Notes: generated from the letters alone by a model not told the origin. DNA of 64,000 bases from an uncultured Verrucomicrobiae bacterium (GCA_963801815.1 CAWDGJ010000003.1:1-64000), one strand, 5' to 3'. Shown: positions 52,362-63,526, counted from the stretch's first letter. Numbers and translations: made by a program.

Positions 52362-53057
52362 ATGAGGAATCTCACGGCTTTTTCCGTAGGCATCCTGTTC
52401 AGTTTCCTGCTGTCGGCGCGCGCCGATTTAATCATCGTCCAAAAAGTCGAAGGATCGGGGCAGGACGGCGACATCACCGTGAAAATCAAGGGCGACAAGG
52501 AGCGAGTGGACGCGCCTGGGCAACCAACTCGAATCATCGATGGCAAGACCGGCGAAATAACCAATCTGATGGACGACCGAAAGAGTTTTGCGAAAATTTC
52601 CGCGGCGCAAATCAAAGCGGCAGCGGACAGCGTAAATCTCAATGCGGACAAAAAATCGGCCTCGTCTCGACTCAGTGCCACTGGAAAGAAGGATATCATC
52701 AGCGGTTACGAGACCGAGGAATACGCTTACGAGACGCCGCAGTTCAAAGCATCGTTTTGGGTGGCAACTAAATATCCGGGGGCCGCGGAAATCTTGAAGC
52801 AAATGCAGGCCCCAATCGCCGGAGCGTTGAAGCCGAGCAACATGGGAATGCCCGATTACACGGATTTCAAAGGCTTGCCCCTGAAGACGGTCATCGCTGT
52901 CGGCCCGAATCAGGTCATTACGACGATTGTCTCGATTAAGCAGGACCTGCTCAGCCCGAGCGAGTTTGAAATTCCAAAAGATTTTCAAGAAGTGACACGG
53001 CGGACCCAATCGGAGACTCAGCCGGGCGCGAGCCCCAATTCTTCGGCGACGCCATAA
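52362..53057 (+). CDS. DUF4412-like secreted protein
   Basis: ATGKKDIISGYETEEY, GLPLKT, FEIPKDF. Confidence 0.75.
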   Translation: MRNLTAFSVGILFSFLLSARADLIIVQKVEGSGQDGDITVKIKGDKERVDAPGQPTRIIDGKTGEITNLMDDRKSFAKISAAQIKAAADSVNLNADKKSASSRLSATGKKDIISGYETEEYAYETPQFKASFWVATKYPGAAEILKQMQAPIAGALKPSNMGMPDYTDFKGLPLKTVIAVGPNQVITTIVSIKQDLLSPSEFEIPKDFQEVTRRTQSETQPGASPNSSATP

Positions 53058-53076
53058 CCGGCTCGCGCTTAAACGC

Positions 53077-53655
53077 GTGGGCCCAACGTTGCTGCTTGCT
53101 TCCAACTCCCCGCGACGTCGCGAGTTATTAATCGAAGCCGGATTCGCGTTTGAAATGTCCTCGCCGCGAATCAAGGAAAGGTTCGATGCCGATCTTACCC
53201 TGCGCGAGCTGACGATGCTGAACGCCATTCGCAAGGGAATGGCAGCGGCGCGGGCGCATCCTAAGCAAGTTGCGCTGGCGGCCGACACACTCGTCGCGAT
53301 CGATCATGAGATCCTCGGAAAACCGCGCGATGCAGACGAAGCGATCGCAATGCTCGAGCGGTTAAGCGGACGCGTCCACGACGTTTGTACTTCGGTTTTC
53401 ATTTGTCACCTCGCGGGCGCAAGATCGACGAGCTTCTCAGAAATCTCGCGGGTCCGCTTTCGCCGGTTGACCCGCGGCGCGATCGATCATTATCTCGCGC
53501 GCATAGATCCGCTCGATAAAGCTGGCGCTTACGCCGCCCAGGGTTTTGGGAACGAGATCATCGAAAACATCGATGGCTCGTTTACTAATGTAGTCGGGTT
53601 GCCAATGGAAAAAGCGGTCCCAGCACTCGTCGAATTTGGAATCAATTCAACATAA
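53077..53655 (+). CDS. maf: Maf nucleoside triphosphate pyrophosphatase
   Basis: LASNSPRRRELL, AADT, GKP, DKAGAY, NVVGLP. Confidence 0.95.
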   Translation: MGPTLLLASNSPRRRELLIEAGFAFEMSSPRIKERFDADLTLRELTMLNAIRKGMAAARAHPKQVALAADTLVAIDHEILGKPRDADEAIAMLERLSGRVHDVCTSVFICHLAGARSTSFSEISRVRFRRLTRGAIDHYLARIDPLDKAGAYAAQGFGNEIIENIDGSFTNVVGLPMEKAVPALVEFGINST

Positions 53656-53784
53656 GAAGACCCGAATCTCAAAACAATTTCGACCTCGAAAATTCGAATT
53701 CCAAGGACGGTAAAACCTAAAGCGTCGGAGTATTAATCATTCGGTACTCGGATCTGTTTCGGATTTCGATATTCGGATTTGATG

Positions 53785-54340
53785 CTAACGAGTTTCGACA
53801 AGTTCCCGCTTGGATTTCACCGGCGCCGGCGATTTGTCGCGTTTGAGAACGCGATAGAGGAACCAAACGATGAAGCAATTTGCCAGCAGCAGCAGCAGCG
53901 GAACGAGGATGGAATGATGGGACATCAGACGGTGCCAGAGGTGTCGCACCTCGAGCGGAATCAAAGCTCCCGTGGCGAAGATCATCAGAAATTCGGCCCA
54001 GCGTTTTTCCATGTAAACGCCGATCCCTTCGGTCAGCAGCACCGCGCAGTAAAAAAGTGCGAGCAATCCGGTGGCGCGCAGCGCGCCGCCGCCGCGAGGC
54101 GATTTCCTGCAGCTTGTTCAAAAGAAAAACGACTGCTCGGGTGTGATGAAGCAGCAGCTGGTCTTCAGTCCAATCGGAAATCTGGTCGAGCCAAACCGGG
54201 CGACTGTTTAAAAAAAGAATCGAGAAACCGAGAACGAAAAGGAGAACGCCCTTAAAGATTTTGAAGAGCGCGATCAGCTTGAGATAACGATGGCGACGCG
54301 GTTCCTGCAAAATTGCAGGGACGTGCGCCGGGTTACTCAT
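53785..54340 (-). CDS. DUF2127 membrane protein, apparent frameshift near 54095
   Basis: LKLIALFKIFKG, EGIGV...KRWAEF..IPLEV. Confidence 0.8.
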
Positions 54341-54364
54341 CCGCTAACTCTCCGCCGAACTTTT

Positions 54365-54796
54365 TCACTCTGCAATGACGGGATTCGCCCGACAGCAGAT
54401 TTCCAGCTTATTCCCGTCCGGATCTTCGAAGAACAAGGCGTAATACCCGGGGGTGTAATCCGGGACCACTTCAGGGCCTTCCAAATTCTTGCCGCCAGCC
54501 TCTCGGACCAGTTTGGCGATCTCATCCACTTTTTCCCGCGTCTCGGCCCAGAACGCGATCCGGGTCCCGTTTGGCCGGTGATTCTTGTCTTCGCTCAAAC
54601 AAAAAAACTCCGAGGGCCTGTCGCCGCCGGCAGAATAGAAAGCATGGAACGTCTCGCCTGAGCTTCCTTCGGGCGGTGGCTCATGTTTTTCGCGAACAAA
54701 TCCAATCTGTGGCAGAAATTTCGCATAGAACTTCGCCGCGGTCTGGAGATCTTTCACCCGCAGATCGATATGGTCGAGCAATCGGGTTTTCATCAT
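54365..54796 (-). CDS. VOC family protein
   Basis: LDHIDLRVKD, YYALFFEDPDGNKLEI. Confidence 0.9.
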   Translation of the reverse strand: MMKTRLLDHIDLRVKDLQTAAKFYAKFLPQIGFVREKHEPPPEGSSGETFHAFYSAGGDRPSEFFCLSEDKNHRPNGTRIAFWAETREKVDEIAKLVREAGGKNLEGPEVVPDYTPGYYALFFEDPDGNKLEICCRANPVIAE

Positions 54797-55206
54797 TTCG
54801 ACTTTCGGTTCTCGCGCCGGATCATCAACTTTAACGCCGACCACGTTTCGTCAACCGCGCAGACTTTGATGTCCACGAATCCGAGCGGCAACGCAACCGC
54901 CCGCACCACGTCTTCAGTCACATCCGTGGCAACGCCGGACGCTTTCTTTGGCCATGAAACCCAGACCACGGCGTCATCCGCGATCTTTTTCCGAAGCAAT
55001 TGCAACTGCATTCCCAGGGCGCGCCGCTCTTTAACAAAAAGATGAACAAACCTGGTATTTCCAACCGGACGCGTCGCAAAATTCACTCCGCTTGGAATTT
55101 GCCCGAGCAGTTTCCGGTAATTAGGGGGAGCATCGATCGCGACGATGATTGTGCCTGGCTTGATTCCGAGTTTCTGCGGAAGGGGAGTGCCTGAGTAACC
55201 AGCCAT
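54793..55206 (-). CDS. DUF3052 family protein
   Basis: MAGYSGTPLPQKLGIK, WVSWPKK, VDIKVCAVDETWSALK. Confidence 0.88.
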   Translation of the reverse strand: MAGYSGTPLPQKLGIKPGTIIVAIDAPPNYRKLLGQIPSGVNFATRPVGNTRFVHLFVKERRALGMQLQLLRKKIADDAVVWVSWPKKASGVATDVTEDVVRAVALPLGFVDIKVCAVDETWSALKLMIRRENRKSK

Positions 55207-55314
55207 CGTGACGTTTACTGAACGCGGCGGCGGCACCTGATCAATCGAGAATCCACGCGCATCGTTTACCTGGAAGGCCGGAGGTTGTGGATGCAACCGG
55301 TTCTCTTGGGTCGA

Positions 55315-55342
55315 GGAAACTAAATATACTGGATTAGTTTCC
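55315..55342. promoter_or_regulatory. Inverted repeat, candidate TetR operator
   Basis: GGAAACTAA-N10-TTAGTTTCC just upstream of the tetR-family gene. Confidence 0.6.
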
Positions 55343-55367
55343 AAAGTGGCATTATTGTCAATTGAGT

Positions 55368-55988
55368 ATGAGACGCGAAAACAAACGGCGAAACCACAAG
55401 ACCAATGCTGGTCGCCGACAAATCGTCGAAGCCGCGCGCGCGCATTTCTTGAGTCACGGATTTCGCACCGTGACCATGGACGATCTGGCGGAGGAGTTGG
55501 GCATCAGCAAGAAGACGCTTTATGCGCATTTTCCCGGCAAGATCGACATGTTGGAAGCGGTGCTCTCCGATAAATTCGCCAGCGTCGAAGCGACACTCAA
55601 GGACGTGATGCGCGCGCACCCGCACGATTTTGCAGCCACTTTGCACGAGTTGCTCGCCACCACGCAGCGCGAGTTGGATGAGATCAAGCCTCCGTTCGTG
55701 CGCGATATGCGGCAGAAGGCGCCGCAGGTTTTCAAAGTCATCGAGCGTCGCCGCGCCGCGTTGATCGAACGCTATTTCGGAAAACTTTTCGTGGAAGGTC
55801 AGCGCGCCGGAATGGTTCGCAAAGATGTGCCGGCCAAACTCATCATCGAGATTTTGCTGGCAATGGTCCAATCGATCATGAATCCACCGAAGATGGAAGA
55901 ACTCGGACTGATGCCGAAGGAAGGTTTCGCCGGGATTCTCAAGATTGTTCTCGAAGGCGCGCTGACAACCAAAGGACGAAAGGCATGA
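55368..55988 (+). CDS. TetR/AcrR family regulator
   Basis: GFRTVTMDDLAEELGISKKTLYAHFPGK. Confidence 0.93.
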   Translation: MRRENKRRNHKTNAGRRQIVEAARAHFLSHGFRTVTMDDLAEELGISKKTLYAHFPGKIDMLEAVLSDKFASVEATLKDVMRAHPHDFAATLHELLATTQRELDEIKPPFVRDMRQKAPQVFKVIERRRAALIERYFGKLFVEGQRAGMVRKDVPAKLIIEILLAMVQSIMNPPKMEELGLMPKEGFAGILKIVLEGALTTKGRKA

Positions 55989-56774
55989 AGGTTCGGTTCG
56001 TTAGGCAAGATCGACGATCAGTGCGCCTTGCGGGGGCATTGGTTCTCCTTTTCTTGCTCGGAGGTTGCCGCGATCGGCCAACGGACCGCTTTCAGGGTTA
56101 TGTCGAAGGTGAATTTGTTTACATCGCTTCGCCGCTTGCCGGCCAATTGGACACGTTGTCCGTTCGACGCGGTGACCAGGTGACGACTGAGCAGCCGTTA
56201 TTCGCACTGGATGAAGTCGCCGAGAAAGCGGCGGTCGATCAGGCAAAAGCGGCATTAGTCCTTTCCGAGACCGAGTTCACGCGGCAGGCAAAACTGCTTC
56301 TGATGGGACCGGCGGCCCAGCAGGATTACGACCGTGCGCGGTCGCAGCGCGATCAGGATCGACAACGGCTCGCCCAAGCGCAGTGGAACTTCGATCAGAA
56401 AAGACAAGCCGCGCCGCAATCGGGTTTGGTTTACGACACTCTATTTCGTCAGGGCGAATGGGTAGCCGCGGGAAAACCGGTTGTCGTACTTTTGCCGCCG
56501 CCAAATATCAAAGTGCGCGCGTTCGTTCCGGAAACGCGCGTCGGCACGATTCATTACGACGATCCCGTTCAAGTTTTCGTGGATGGCGTGCAAAATCCGT
56601 TCGTCGGCAAAGTGAGTTACATTTCGCCGCGCGCGGAATACACGCCACCGGTCATCTACAGTCGCGAGAGCCGATCGAAGCTCGTGTTCATGATCGAATC
56701 GGTTTTCGAGCCGCAGGTCGCGGCGAATCTGCATCCCGGCCAGCCGGTTGACGTGCGAATTCAAATCCAAATGA
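55985..56774 (+). CDS. HlyD-family membrane fusion protein (YbhG-like)
   Basis: QGYVEGE, ISPRAEYTPP, LHPGQPVDV; end inferred from the ATGA overlap. Confidence 0.85.
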
Positions 56775-57698
56775 AAAACGGCGAGCCGATCATCGACGTT
56801 CGCGGCATGACCAAGCGGTTCGGCGAACTGCACCGCGGTCGATCATGTCGATCTACAGGTGCGCACGGGCGAAATCTACGGCTTCCTCGGACCGAACGGC
56901 AGCGGCAAGACGACGTTTCTTGCGGATGCTTTGCGGATTGCTCAGCGCGGACGACGGCAGCGGACAGGTGCTCGGCCACGATGTGATCGCCGAAAGCGAA
57001 GCGATCAAACGTGAAGTCGGTTACATGACGCAGCGATTCAGTTTTTGGGAGGATTTGAGCATCGAGGAGAATCTCGATTTCGTCGCGCGCATGTACGACG
57101 TGAAGAACCGGCGGCAAACGGTGCGTGCAAGCATCGATGCAACTGGGTCTGGCCGAACGCAAAACGCAACTCGCCGGCCAGCTTTCCGGCGGATGGAAGC
57201 AACGGCTTGCGCTCGCCGCCTGTCTCATTCATCGGCCAAAATTGCTGTTGCTCGATGAGCCGACGGCTGGTGTCGATCCAAAAGCGCGTCGCGATTTCTG
57301 GGAGGAGATTCATCGACTCGCCGCCCAGGGACTCACTTTTCTCATCACCACGCATTACATGGATGAAGCCGAGCGCTGCCAGCGGCTGGCTTACATTTCC
57401 TAAGGCAAATTGCTCGCGGACGGCACGGTCGACGAAGTCATCGCCCAGGTTGGCCTAACGACTTGGTCGGTGCACGGACCGGATCTCGCCCATTTGGCCG
57501 AAGAACTGCGTAAAACTCCGGGCGTGCAGCAGGCCGTCGCCTTCGGCAATTCGTTGCACGTCAGCAGCACGGACGCAGCTGCACTCGAACGTGCCATCGC
57601 GCCTCTTCGCCATGATCCCTACGCTTGGGAGCGAATTCCGTCCGGATTGGAAGACGCATTCATCAGTTTGATGGAGCACACGGACAATTGCCGCATGA
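56771..57698 (+). CDS. ABC transporter ATP-binding protein, apparent frameshifts and one internal stop
   Basis: [36 protein letters not shown]. Confidence 0.85.
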
Positions 57699-58840
57699 AA
57701 AAGCATCCCAAATTTTCGTTCGAACGATTGCGAGCGATCGTCGTGAAGGAATTTACTGCAGATGCGACGCGACCGGCTCACCTTTGCGATGATGCTCGGC
57801 ATTCCGCTGATTCAGCTCACGCTGTTCGGTTACGCGATCAATTCCGATCCGCGGCATCTGCCGACGGCCGTCCTGCTCGCCGATCACGGTCCGCAGGGTC
57901 GAACGTTGCTCTACGCCATGAAGAACAGCACTTACTTCGATTTCGTTCGACAGGTGAAAACGGAGAACCGAAGCGCACGATTTGCTCGCGCGCGGCCAGG
58001 TCCAGTTCGTGATCAACATTCCGGAGAATTTCAGCCGCGATCTTTTGCGCGGCGATCGGCCGTCACTGCTGGTGGAGGCGGACGCGACCGATCCCGCCGC
58101 GACCGGCAATCGCGCTCGGATCGTTGGAGCCGATATTCGATACCGCGCTGCAAAACGATTTGAAGGGGCCGCTTGAATCGCTCAACGCCACCAACGGCCC
58201 GATCGATCTGCGCGTCCACGCGCTCTACAATCCGGAGGTCGTCACGCAATACAACATCGTGCCCGGCCTGATGGGCGTGATCCTGACGATGACCATGGTC
58301 ATGATCACCGGTCTCGCGATTACGCGCGAACGCGAGCGCGGCACGATGGAGAATCTTCTCTCGATGCCGACCCGACCGAGCGAAGTGCTCATCGGAAAAA
58401 TCGTGCCCTACATTCTGGTCGGCTACATCCAGGTCGCAGTGATCCTGATCGCGGCCTATTTTCTTTTTCACGTGCCGATGCAGGGCAGCATTCTTCTTCT
58501 GCTCGTTGTCGCGCTCGTCTTCATCGTCGCGAACCTCGCGATGGGCATCACGTTTTCCACCATCGCGAAAAACCAACTGCAGGCAGTGCAGATGGCTTTC
58601 TTCGTTTTTCTCCCGTCCATCCTGCTCTCCGGGTTCATGTTTCCGTTTCGCGGGATGCCGTATTGGGCCCAGATCGTCGGCGAGGTGTTTCCGCTCACTC
58701 ACTTTCTGCGCATCGTTCGCGGCATTCTCTTGAAAGGAAACGGCGTAGTCGATGTCAGCCTTCAACTTTGGCAGATCGCGCTCTTCGCCCTCATCGTTCT
58801 GGCAATCGGGATTAAGCGCTATCGCCAAACGCTCGATTAG
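57695..58840 (+). CDS. ABC-2 type permease (YbhS/YbhR-like), apparent frameshifts
   Basis: LFGYAIN.D, RERERGTMENLL, LLSGFMFPFRGMP. Confidence 0.88.
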
Positions 58841-59415
58841 CCGGCGATCGAATCGCTGACCAAAAATCTGCGCACTACCAGCGCCCAGAGCAAGAGGATG
58901 ATTAATTGGTACCAGGCAAAGAACCGGTCGTAGCCGCGCTTGCGGACAACCAATCCCGCTGCCGCGAGAACTGCGAAGTGACCGACAAACGGCAAGTACC
59001 AAACTGGGTCGAGCAATCCGCTGCGAAGAGCCGTTTGTGTAATGTCCATCAAACAAAACGCAATGAACGCAGAGTAGTAGCCGGTTCGATTCCCCTCGAA
59101 CCGATTCCGTCGTTCCTCTTCTTCCGACAAATCGGGCGGATAAAGAAAAGTCGTAAGCAGGTAGAGCGTGATCGTCCAGACGATCAGCACGAGAAATTTA
59201 TCGAAGCTCCAAACGACATTCGTGTTCCATTTGAACGCGACCCACCAGTTCAATGAGAGCACCAGCAAAGTCGCAAGCGTGAGAACGATGTGCACTTCGT
59301 CCATCGGCGTCTGTTTGCGCCGATAAAACGCGCGTCCCGCGCCGGCCAATAAATTGGTCACACCCAGCCCGATCACGATCGACATCAAAATCGAGATGAA
59401 CTCAAAGCTGCTCAT
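58837..59415 (-). CDS. Multi-pass membrane hypothetical protein
   Basis: MSSFEFISILMSIVIGLG and several TM segments. Confidence 0.75.
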   Translation of the reverse strand: MSSFEFISILMSIVIGLGVTNLLAGAGRAFYRRKQTPMDEVHIVLTLATLLVLSLNWWVAFKWNTNVVWSFDKFLVLIVWTITLYLLTTFLYPPDLSEEEERRNRFEGNRTGYYSAFIAFCLMDITQTALRSGLLDPVWYLPFVGHFAVLAAAGLVVRKRGYDRFFAWYQLIILLLWALVVRRFLVSDSIAG

Positions 59416-59499
59416 CAAGTTGAGCGAGTTTTGGTTCTGCATGACGCGCGATGTTAACGCGGGCCCAATCCGAAAATCGAGTCGGAACTCACGTCCTGA

Positions 59500-59948
59500 T
59501 CACAACGTCTGTTTCTTTTCGATGGGTTTTTCGCGAACGAACGAAAATCGGTAGCCTTCGTAAACCGCAATCGCGTAAAACAAAATGCTGGTGGACATGA
59601 AGTCGTTCCACAGGACATCCGTTACTTTTGATAGATCGGCATTGTTGAGTGCCTGAAAAATCCAACATGCAGTTGCGCTGACGCAAACGCGATTAAGGAA
59701 AAGTAATTTCCCAGAACGCATCCGAACAGCGCGAGAAACGCACCCAGGATTCCAAACGCTTTGCCTCCGTTCCCGATTCGCACGGCAAAACCGACCAGTG
59801 CGCCGATCCCAATGGCCACTAATCCTATTTGATACTTGGTTGTGACGGTTACGATGGCCCAAACGACCGCGCCGACGAAGGCGGCGGCAAGACCGGCGAG
59901 TGCGCCAAGAAACAGTCTCCTCTCCTGGAGGGAAGCGACTTCAGCCAC
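59500..59948 (-). CDS. Membrane hypothetical protein, apparent frameshift
   Basis: YQIGLVAIGIGALVG..GCVLGN; LFYAIAVYEGYRFS. Confidence 0.65.
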
Positions 59949-59971
59949 GTTGATTGATTTTTGGGGTGGTT

Positions 59972-60160
59972 CTAGTCGTTCGTGTCTTTGAGAATCGACT
60001 TTAATTGCTCGCGCAATTCCGGCGAACTCTTGTGGCCATGCGCTGAGACCGCGTGTTGGACCGCGGCATCGAGCACTTCCTGCTCGGTGCCGGAAATTCG
60101 CAGCGAGCAATTTTTCGCGCTCGGATAATCGCGACAATCGATCGATTTGCGTTGCGCCAT
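59972..60160 (-). CDS. DUF1059 family protein
   Basis: IDCRDYPS..NC..ISG.EQEVL..AVQHAVSAHGH. Confidence 0.85.
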   Translation of the reverse strand: MAQRKSIDCRDYPSAKNCSLRISGTEQEVLDAAVQHAVSAHGHKSSPELREQLKSILKDTND

Positions 60161-60170
60161 ATAAACCTCG

Positions 60171-60711
60171 CTAGCTCTTTTTCAATTCGGCCAGATCCTT
60201 CAACACTTGCTCGCTGTGATCGACGGGCTTCACACCGGTGTAGACCTTGGCAATTTTTCCTTCGGGATTAATCAGGAAGGTGTTTCGCGCGGCCATCGTC
60301 GTTCCCTTGTAATCCATCGTCGATCCGTACTGCGCCGAAACTTTTCCGCCCGGATCGGCCAGCAGTTTGAAGGTCAGTCCTTCTTTCGTGCAAAATTGCT
60401 TGTGCGAATCGGCGCTGTCCACGCTTACGCCCAGAATTACCGCTCCGGTCTTATCGTACTGGGCGAGGTCGCGCTGGAAATTTTTGGCCTCCATGGTGCA
60501 ACCGCTGGTCATGTCCTTCGGATAAAAATAAAGGACAACCCATTTGCCCTTGAAATCCTTGAGACTGACCTGCGATCCGTCACTGGTTGCCAGACTGAAA
60601 TCTGGCGCCGCGGTGCCGGCGGCGGGTTGAGTCTGGGTTTGAGTGTCGGCGCCTTGCATCGAGTCCGATTGTAGCGAAGCCAACGATTGCTAACAGCAGC
60701 GATTTTTTCAT
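60171..60711 (-). CDS. bcp: Peroxiredoxin (Bcp/PrxQ type) with signal peptide, apparent frameshift near the start
   Basis: YFYPKDMTSGCTMEA, GVSVDS, ARNTFLI. Confidence 0.88.
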
Positions 60712-60815
60712 TTTCGTTTCCTTGGTTGAGACAGGAAGGTTATCCCTGAACTCTTGAAAATCAAAACGCCTAAAACCACCGGCGCGTTTTCTGACTGATT
60801 GCCTGCCTAACGAAT

Positions 60816-62840
60816 CTATCTAAGCGTGGCGTTGATTTTCTCGATCAAGCGCGTCCATCCGCCGCGTTCTTCTTCCGAGAGATCGGACGCAGTATGATCC
60901 TTGGTCCAGCGAAGAAACGCCTTGGCCAGGCGATACTGTGAAAAATCACCGCCAATCTCTTTCTCGAACACTTCGACAATCGAGGACTCAGGTTGCGAGG
61001 CCGCCGCGGCGGTGATGTCCCAGCCGAGGCGGTTTTTGCTAACTCGCAACAGTGTTTCGCGCAGCAAATCTTCCACCCGCGGAGAACGCACACCGTTGCG
61101 GGCGTCTTTGCTGCGCAGGATCGCCTTGTGACCGAGCGTGCGGACCAGGTCGTCCTGGTGAGCGCCGCGATCGCCGTTGGTGTCGGAATCGAGCAGCGCG
61201 GCCACCTTCAACTTTTTTGCGTGAAGAATCGTCGCGAAATAAGCGACCTTTGCGGCGCCATTGGTAGGCATCAGCTCAATACGCGGATTTAGATCCGCAA
61301 TTCCCGCTTCGCGGAGCATTTGCGCGACCGCTTCGACGTACCACAAATCGGTGAGACTCTCGAGTAACAGGTTCCGCTGCTGTGAAAACAAGCTTTGAGC
61401 GAGATCGTAACCGAGCGATTCCTGAAGCGGCAAAAGTGCCGCAGGGTCCTCGGCGGTCGCGTTCGTGCGGACCTTTGTGCCGGCGCGGCGATCGATCATT
61501 TCGACCACGCGGACACGATTTAATTCATCGGGCCCGACCAAAAACGGCGAGTGCGTGGTGTAAAGCAACTGATTCGACTCGGCCAGGCGCGAGATGGTGG
61601 ATCTAAATTCCTGCTGCTTCAGTCCGTGCAGGCTAAGACCGGGCTCGTCCAGCAGCAGAATCGCATTTTTGTGTTTGTCAGCTGATTCGGCAAAGAAGAC
61701 GACGAAAAATGAAACCAACCATTGAAAACCTTCCGAACGCTGATCGAGCTCAATCTCGACGCCGAGATCGTCTTCCACCACCACTTTGAGATATTGGCCG
61801 TCGGCCACGATGCGAAGCCGTTCCGCTTCCGCGCGTTTCGCGTCCGGTTTCCACACGCTGCGGAGTTCCTCGCTTAAGCGCACGCTGGCGGAGTTGAGTT
61901 GATAGGCCCGGCGGTCGAGCTGGTCGCGATAATGCCTCCAGCCTTCGATGTCGCCCGGCTTGGGCTCGTCCGCTTTTCCAAGGTTCGACAATTCGCGCGC
62001 ACTGAATCCGAGCAGGCGCAGGAGACATTGATTGCCGTAGTCGTAGGAGTCACCATCAAGAACATTCGTTTCCAGCCGTTGGGCAAGGTGCTCGAGGTGA
62101 ATCAGAGGGCGCACCCGAAAGTAATCGCGGAACCGCACGAACACCGGCAGACGCTGGTGCAATGTCCTCAGTGCAGTATTCCGGCGCTCCTCGAGCGTAA
62201 CGGCATCCATTAATTTGTCGTAACGCTTTTCTTCCGTCTCGTTGCCTTCTTCGATGAGCAGCAAGATTTTCTCCAAGCCCTTCTTCAACGCAGCCGCGCG
62301 CTCGCCTTTGATTTCATCGGCATCTTCCCAGCCTCGCGTCGCTATAGCGAACGCCGTGCTCGGAGTTGTGGCCGGCGGAAATCCATCTACTCCGCGCGGC
62401 ACACGCGGATCGACATGCGCGAACAAACGCACCAGGTCGTTCTTTAAATCGGCAAATCTTTGCGCCGCTGGTCCGCCTTCGAGCATGTGCCATGCACTGT
62501 TGTCCACCCGGCGGCCGTAAATGTAGCGGCAGTCGCGAAATTCCGCCGGAATCGTTTCCTTGTCGGCTGCTTCCAGATCGAAATGTCCTTCCACGATCGT
62601 CGTCTCGCCGAGACGAATTTTACCCGACATGACATCATTGAACTCGGCGCGCGGATAATCGCGCAACGCGTCGAAGCTGCGAATGCTGCCCGGTGGATTG
62701 ATCCGTTGCAGGGCCGAGAGCAGCGCGCTTTTCCCCGCCTCGTTAGGCCCAACCAAAATTGTTTTTCCAGGTTCGATATCGAACAAACCCGTATCGCGAA
62801 TGCTGCGATAGTTTCTGACCCGCGCTTTTCTTAATCGCAT
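60816..62840 (-). CDS. OLD-family-like ABC ATPase plus TOPRIM nuclease
   Basis: GPNEAGKS, SEGFQW, LLLDEPGLSLH, TTHSPF, LLLESLTD, LLDSD. Confidence 0.85.
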   Translation of the reverse strand: MRLRKARVRNYRSIRDTGLFDIEPGKTILVGPNEAGKSALLSALQRINPPGSIRSFDALRDYPRAEFNDVMSGKIRLGETTIVEGHFDLEAADKETIPAEFRDCRYIYGRRVDNSAWHMLEGGPAAQRFADLKNDLVRLFAHVDPRVPRGVDGFPPATTPSTAFAIATRGWEDADEIKGERAAALKKGLEKILLLIEEGNETEEKRYDKLMDAVTLEERRNTALRTLHQRLPVFVRFRDYFRVRPLIHLEHLAQRLETNVLDGDSYDYGNQCLLRLLGFSARELSNLGKADEPKPGDIEGWRHYRDQLDRRAYQLNSASVRLSEELRSVWKPDAKRAEAERLRIVADGQYLKVVVEDDLGVEIELDQRSEGFQWLVSFFVVFFAESADKHKNAILLLDEPGLSLHGLKQQEFRSTISRLAESNQLLYTTHSPFLVGPDELNRVRVVEMIDRRAGTKVRTNATAEDPAALLPLQESLGYDLAQSLFSQQRNLLLESLTDLWYVEAVAQMLREAGIADLNPRIELMPTNGAAKVAYFATILHAKKLKVAALLDSDTNGDRGAHQDDLVRTLGHKAILRSKDARNGVRSPRVEDLLRETLLRVSKNRLGWDITAAAASQPESSIVEVFEKEIGGDFSQYRLAKAFLRWTKDHTASDLSEEERGGWTRLIEKINATLR

Positions 62841-62929
62841 CGATTGACCTCCAGTGTCTCGAAAACTTTTAAAAAAAATTGAAATCGATTACGATAAAAA
62901 TCAAAAAAACCTTATTCACCGATTCACAC

Positions 62930-63526
62930 ATGTTGTTCACAAAATCATCCGGTTCAGAGCAACAGCCGCGCATTTGGACAATTGGGCATTCGACGCGCAC
63001 GATCGACGTTTTCGTTTCGCTGCTGAACGAAAACGGGATCAAACTCGTGGCCGATGTCCGAATGTTCCCGGGCTCGAAACGTTATCCGCAGTTCGGGGCG
63101 GAGGCGTTGGCGAGGTCCTTAGGCGAGGCTGGAATTCGTTACGAACATTTTCCGGAACTCGGCGGCCGTCGGAAGACAAGGCCCGATTCGAAGAATACCG
63201 CCTGGCGCAACGAATCGTTTCGCGGTTACGCCGATTACATGGAAACGGACCAGTTTCGCAACGGAATCGCGCGGCTTCTCGATTTCGCCAAGAGAAGTGG
63301 GCCGACTGCCCGGCCCGCATCGCCTACGCGAAGCGTTGCGGGCGTGGCAATCATGTGTGCCGAAGCGGTCTGGTGGCGTTGTCATCGCTCATTGATTTCA
63401 GATTACTTGAAAGCCCGCGGCGTCGAAGTCCTGCACATTCTCGATCACAACAAAGTCGAGCCGCACCCGTTCACGTCGGCCGCGCGAATTGTAAATGGCG
63501 AATTGAGTTACCGCGATCTTCTGTAG
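62930..63526 (+). CDS. DUF488 family protein
   Basis: IWTIGHSTR, DVRMFPGS, LGGRR, MCAEAVWWRCHRSLI. Confidence 0.92.
   Translation: MLFTKSSGSEQQPRIWTIGHSTRTIDVFVSLLNENGIKLVADVRMFPGSKRYPQFGAEALARSLGEAGIRYEHFPELGGRRKTRPDSKNTAWRNESFRGYADYMETDQFRNGIARLLDFAKRSGPTARPASPTRSVAGVAIMCAEAVWWRCHRSLISDYLKARGVEVLHILDHNKVEPHPFTSAARIVNGELSYRDLL

Noticed and set aside
55985..56986. HlyD-ABC ATPase fusion implied by the 333-aa ORF
   Set aside because: An ATGA overlap at 56771-56774 indicates two genes joined by one indel.
57401..57403. In-frame TAA in the ABC ATPase as stop-codon recoding
   Set aside because: A single instance in an error-rich sequence; TAA ends many other genes normally.
2071..60711. Mass pseudogenisation or programmed frameshifting suggested by many split ORFs
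   Set aside because: Single-base shifts hit conserved genes (gnd, dnaE2, ABC transporter, bcp) as well as accessory ones, with otherwise intact motifs. Long-read indel error is the simpler explanation; polishing is needed to confirm.
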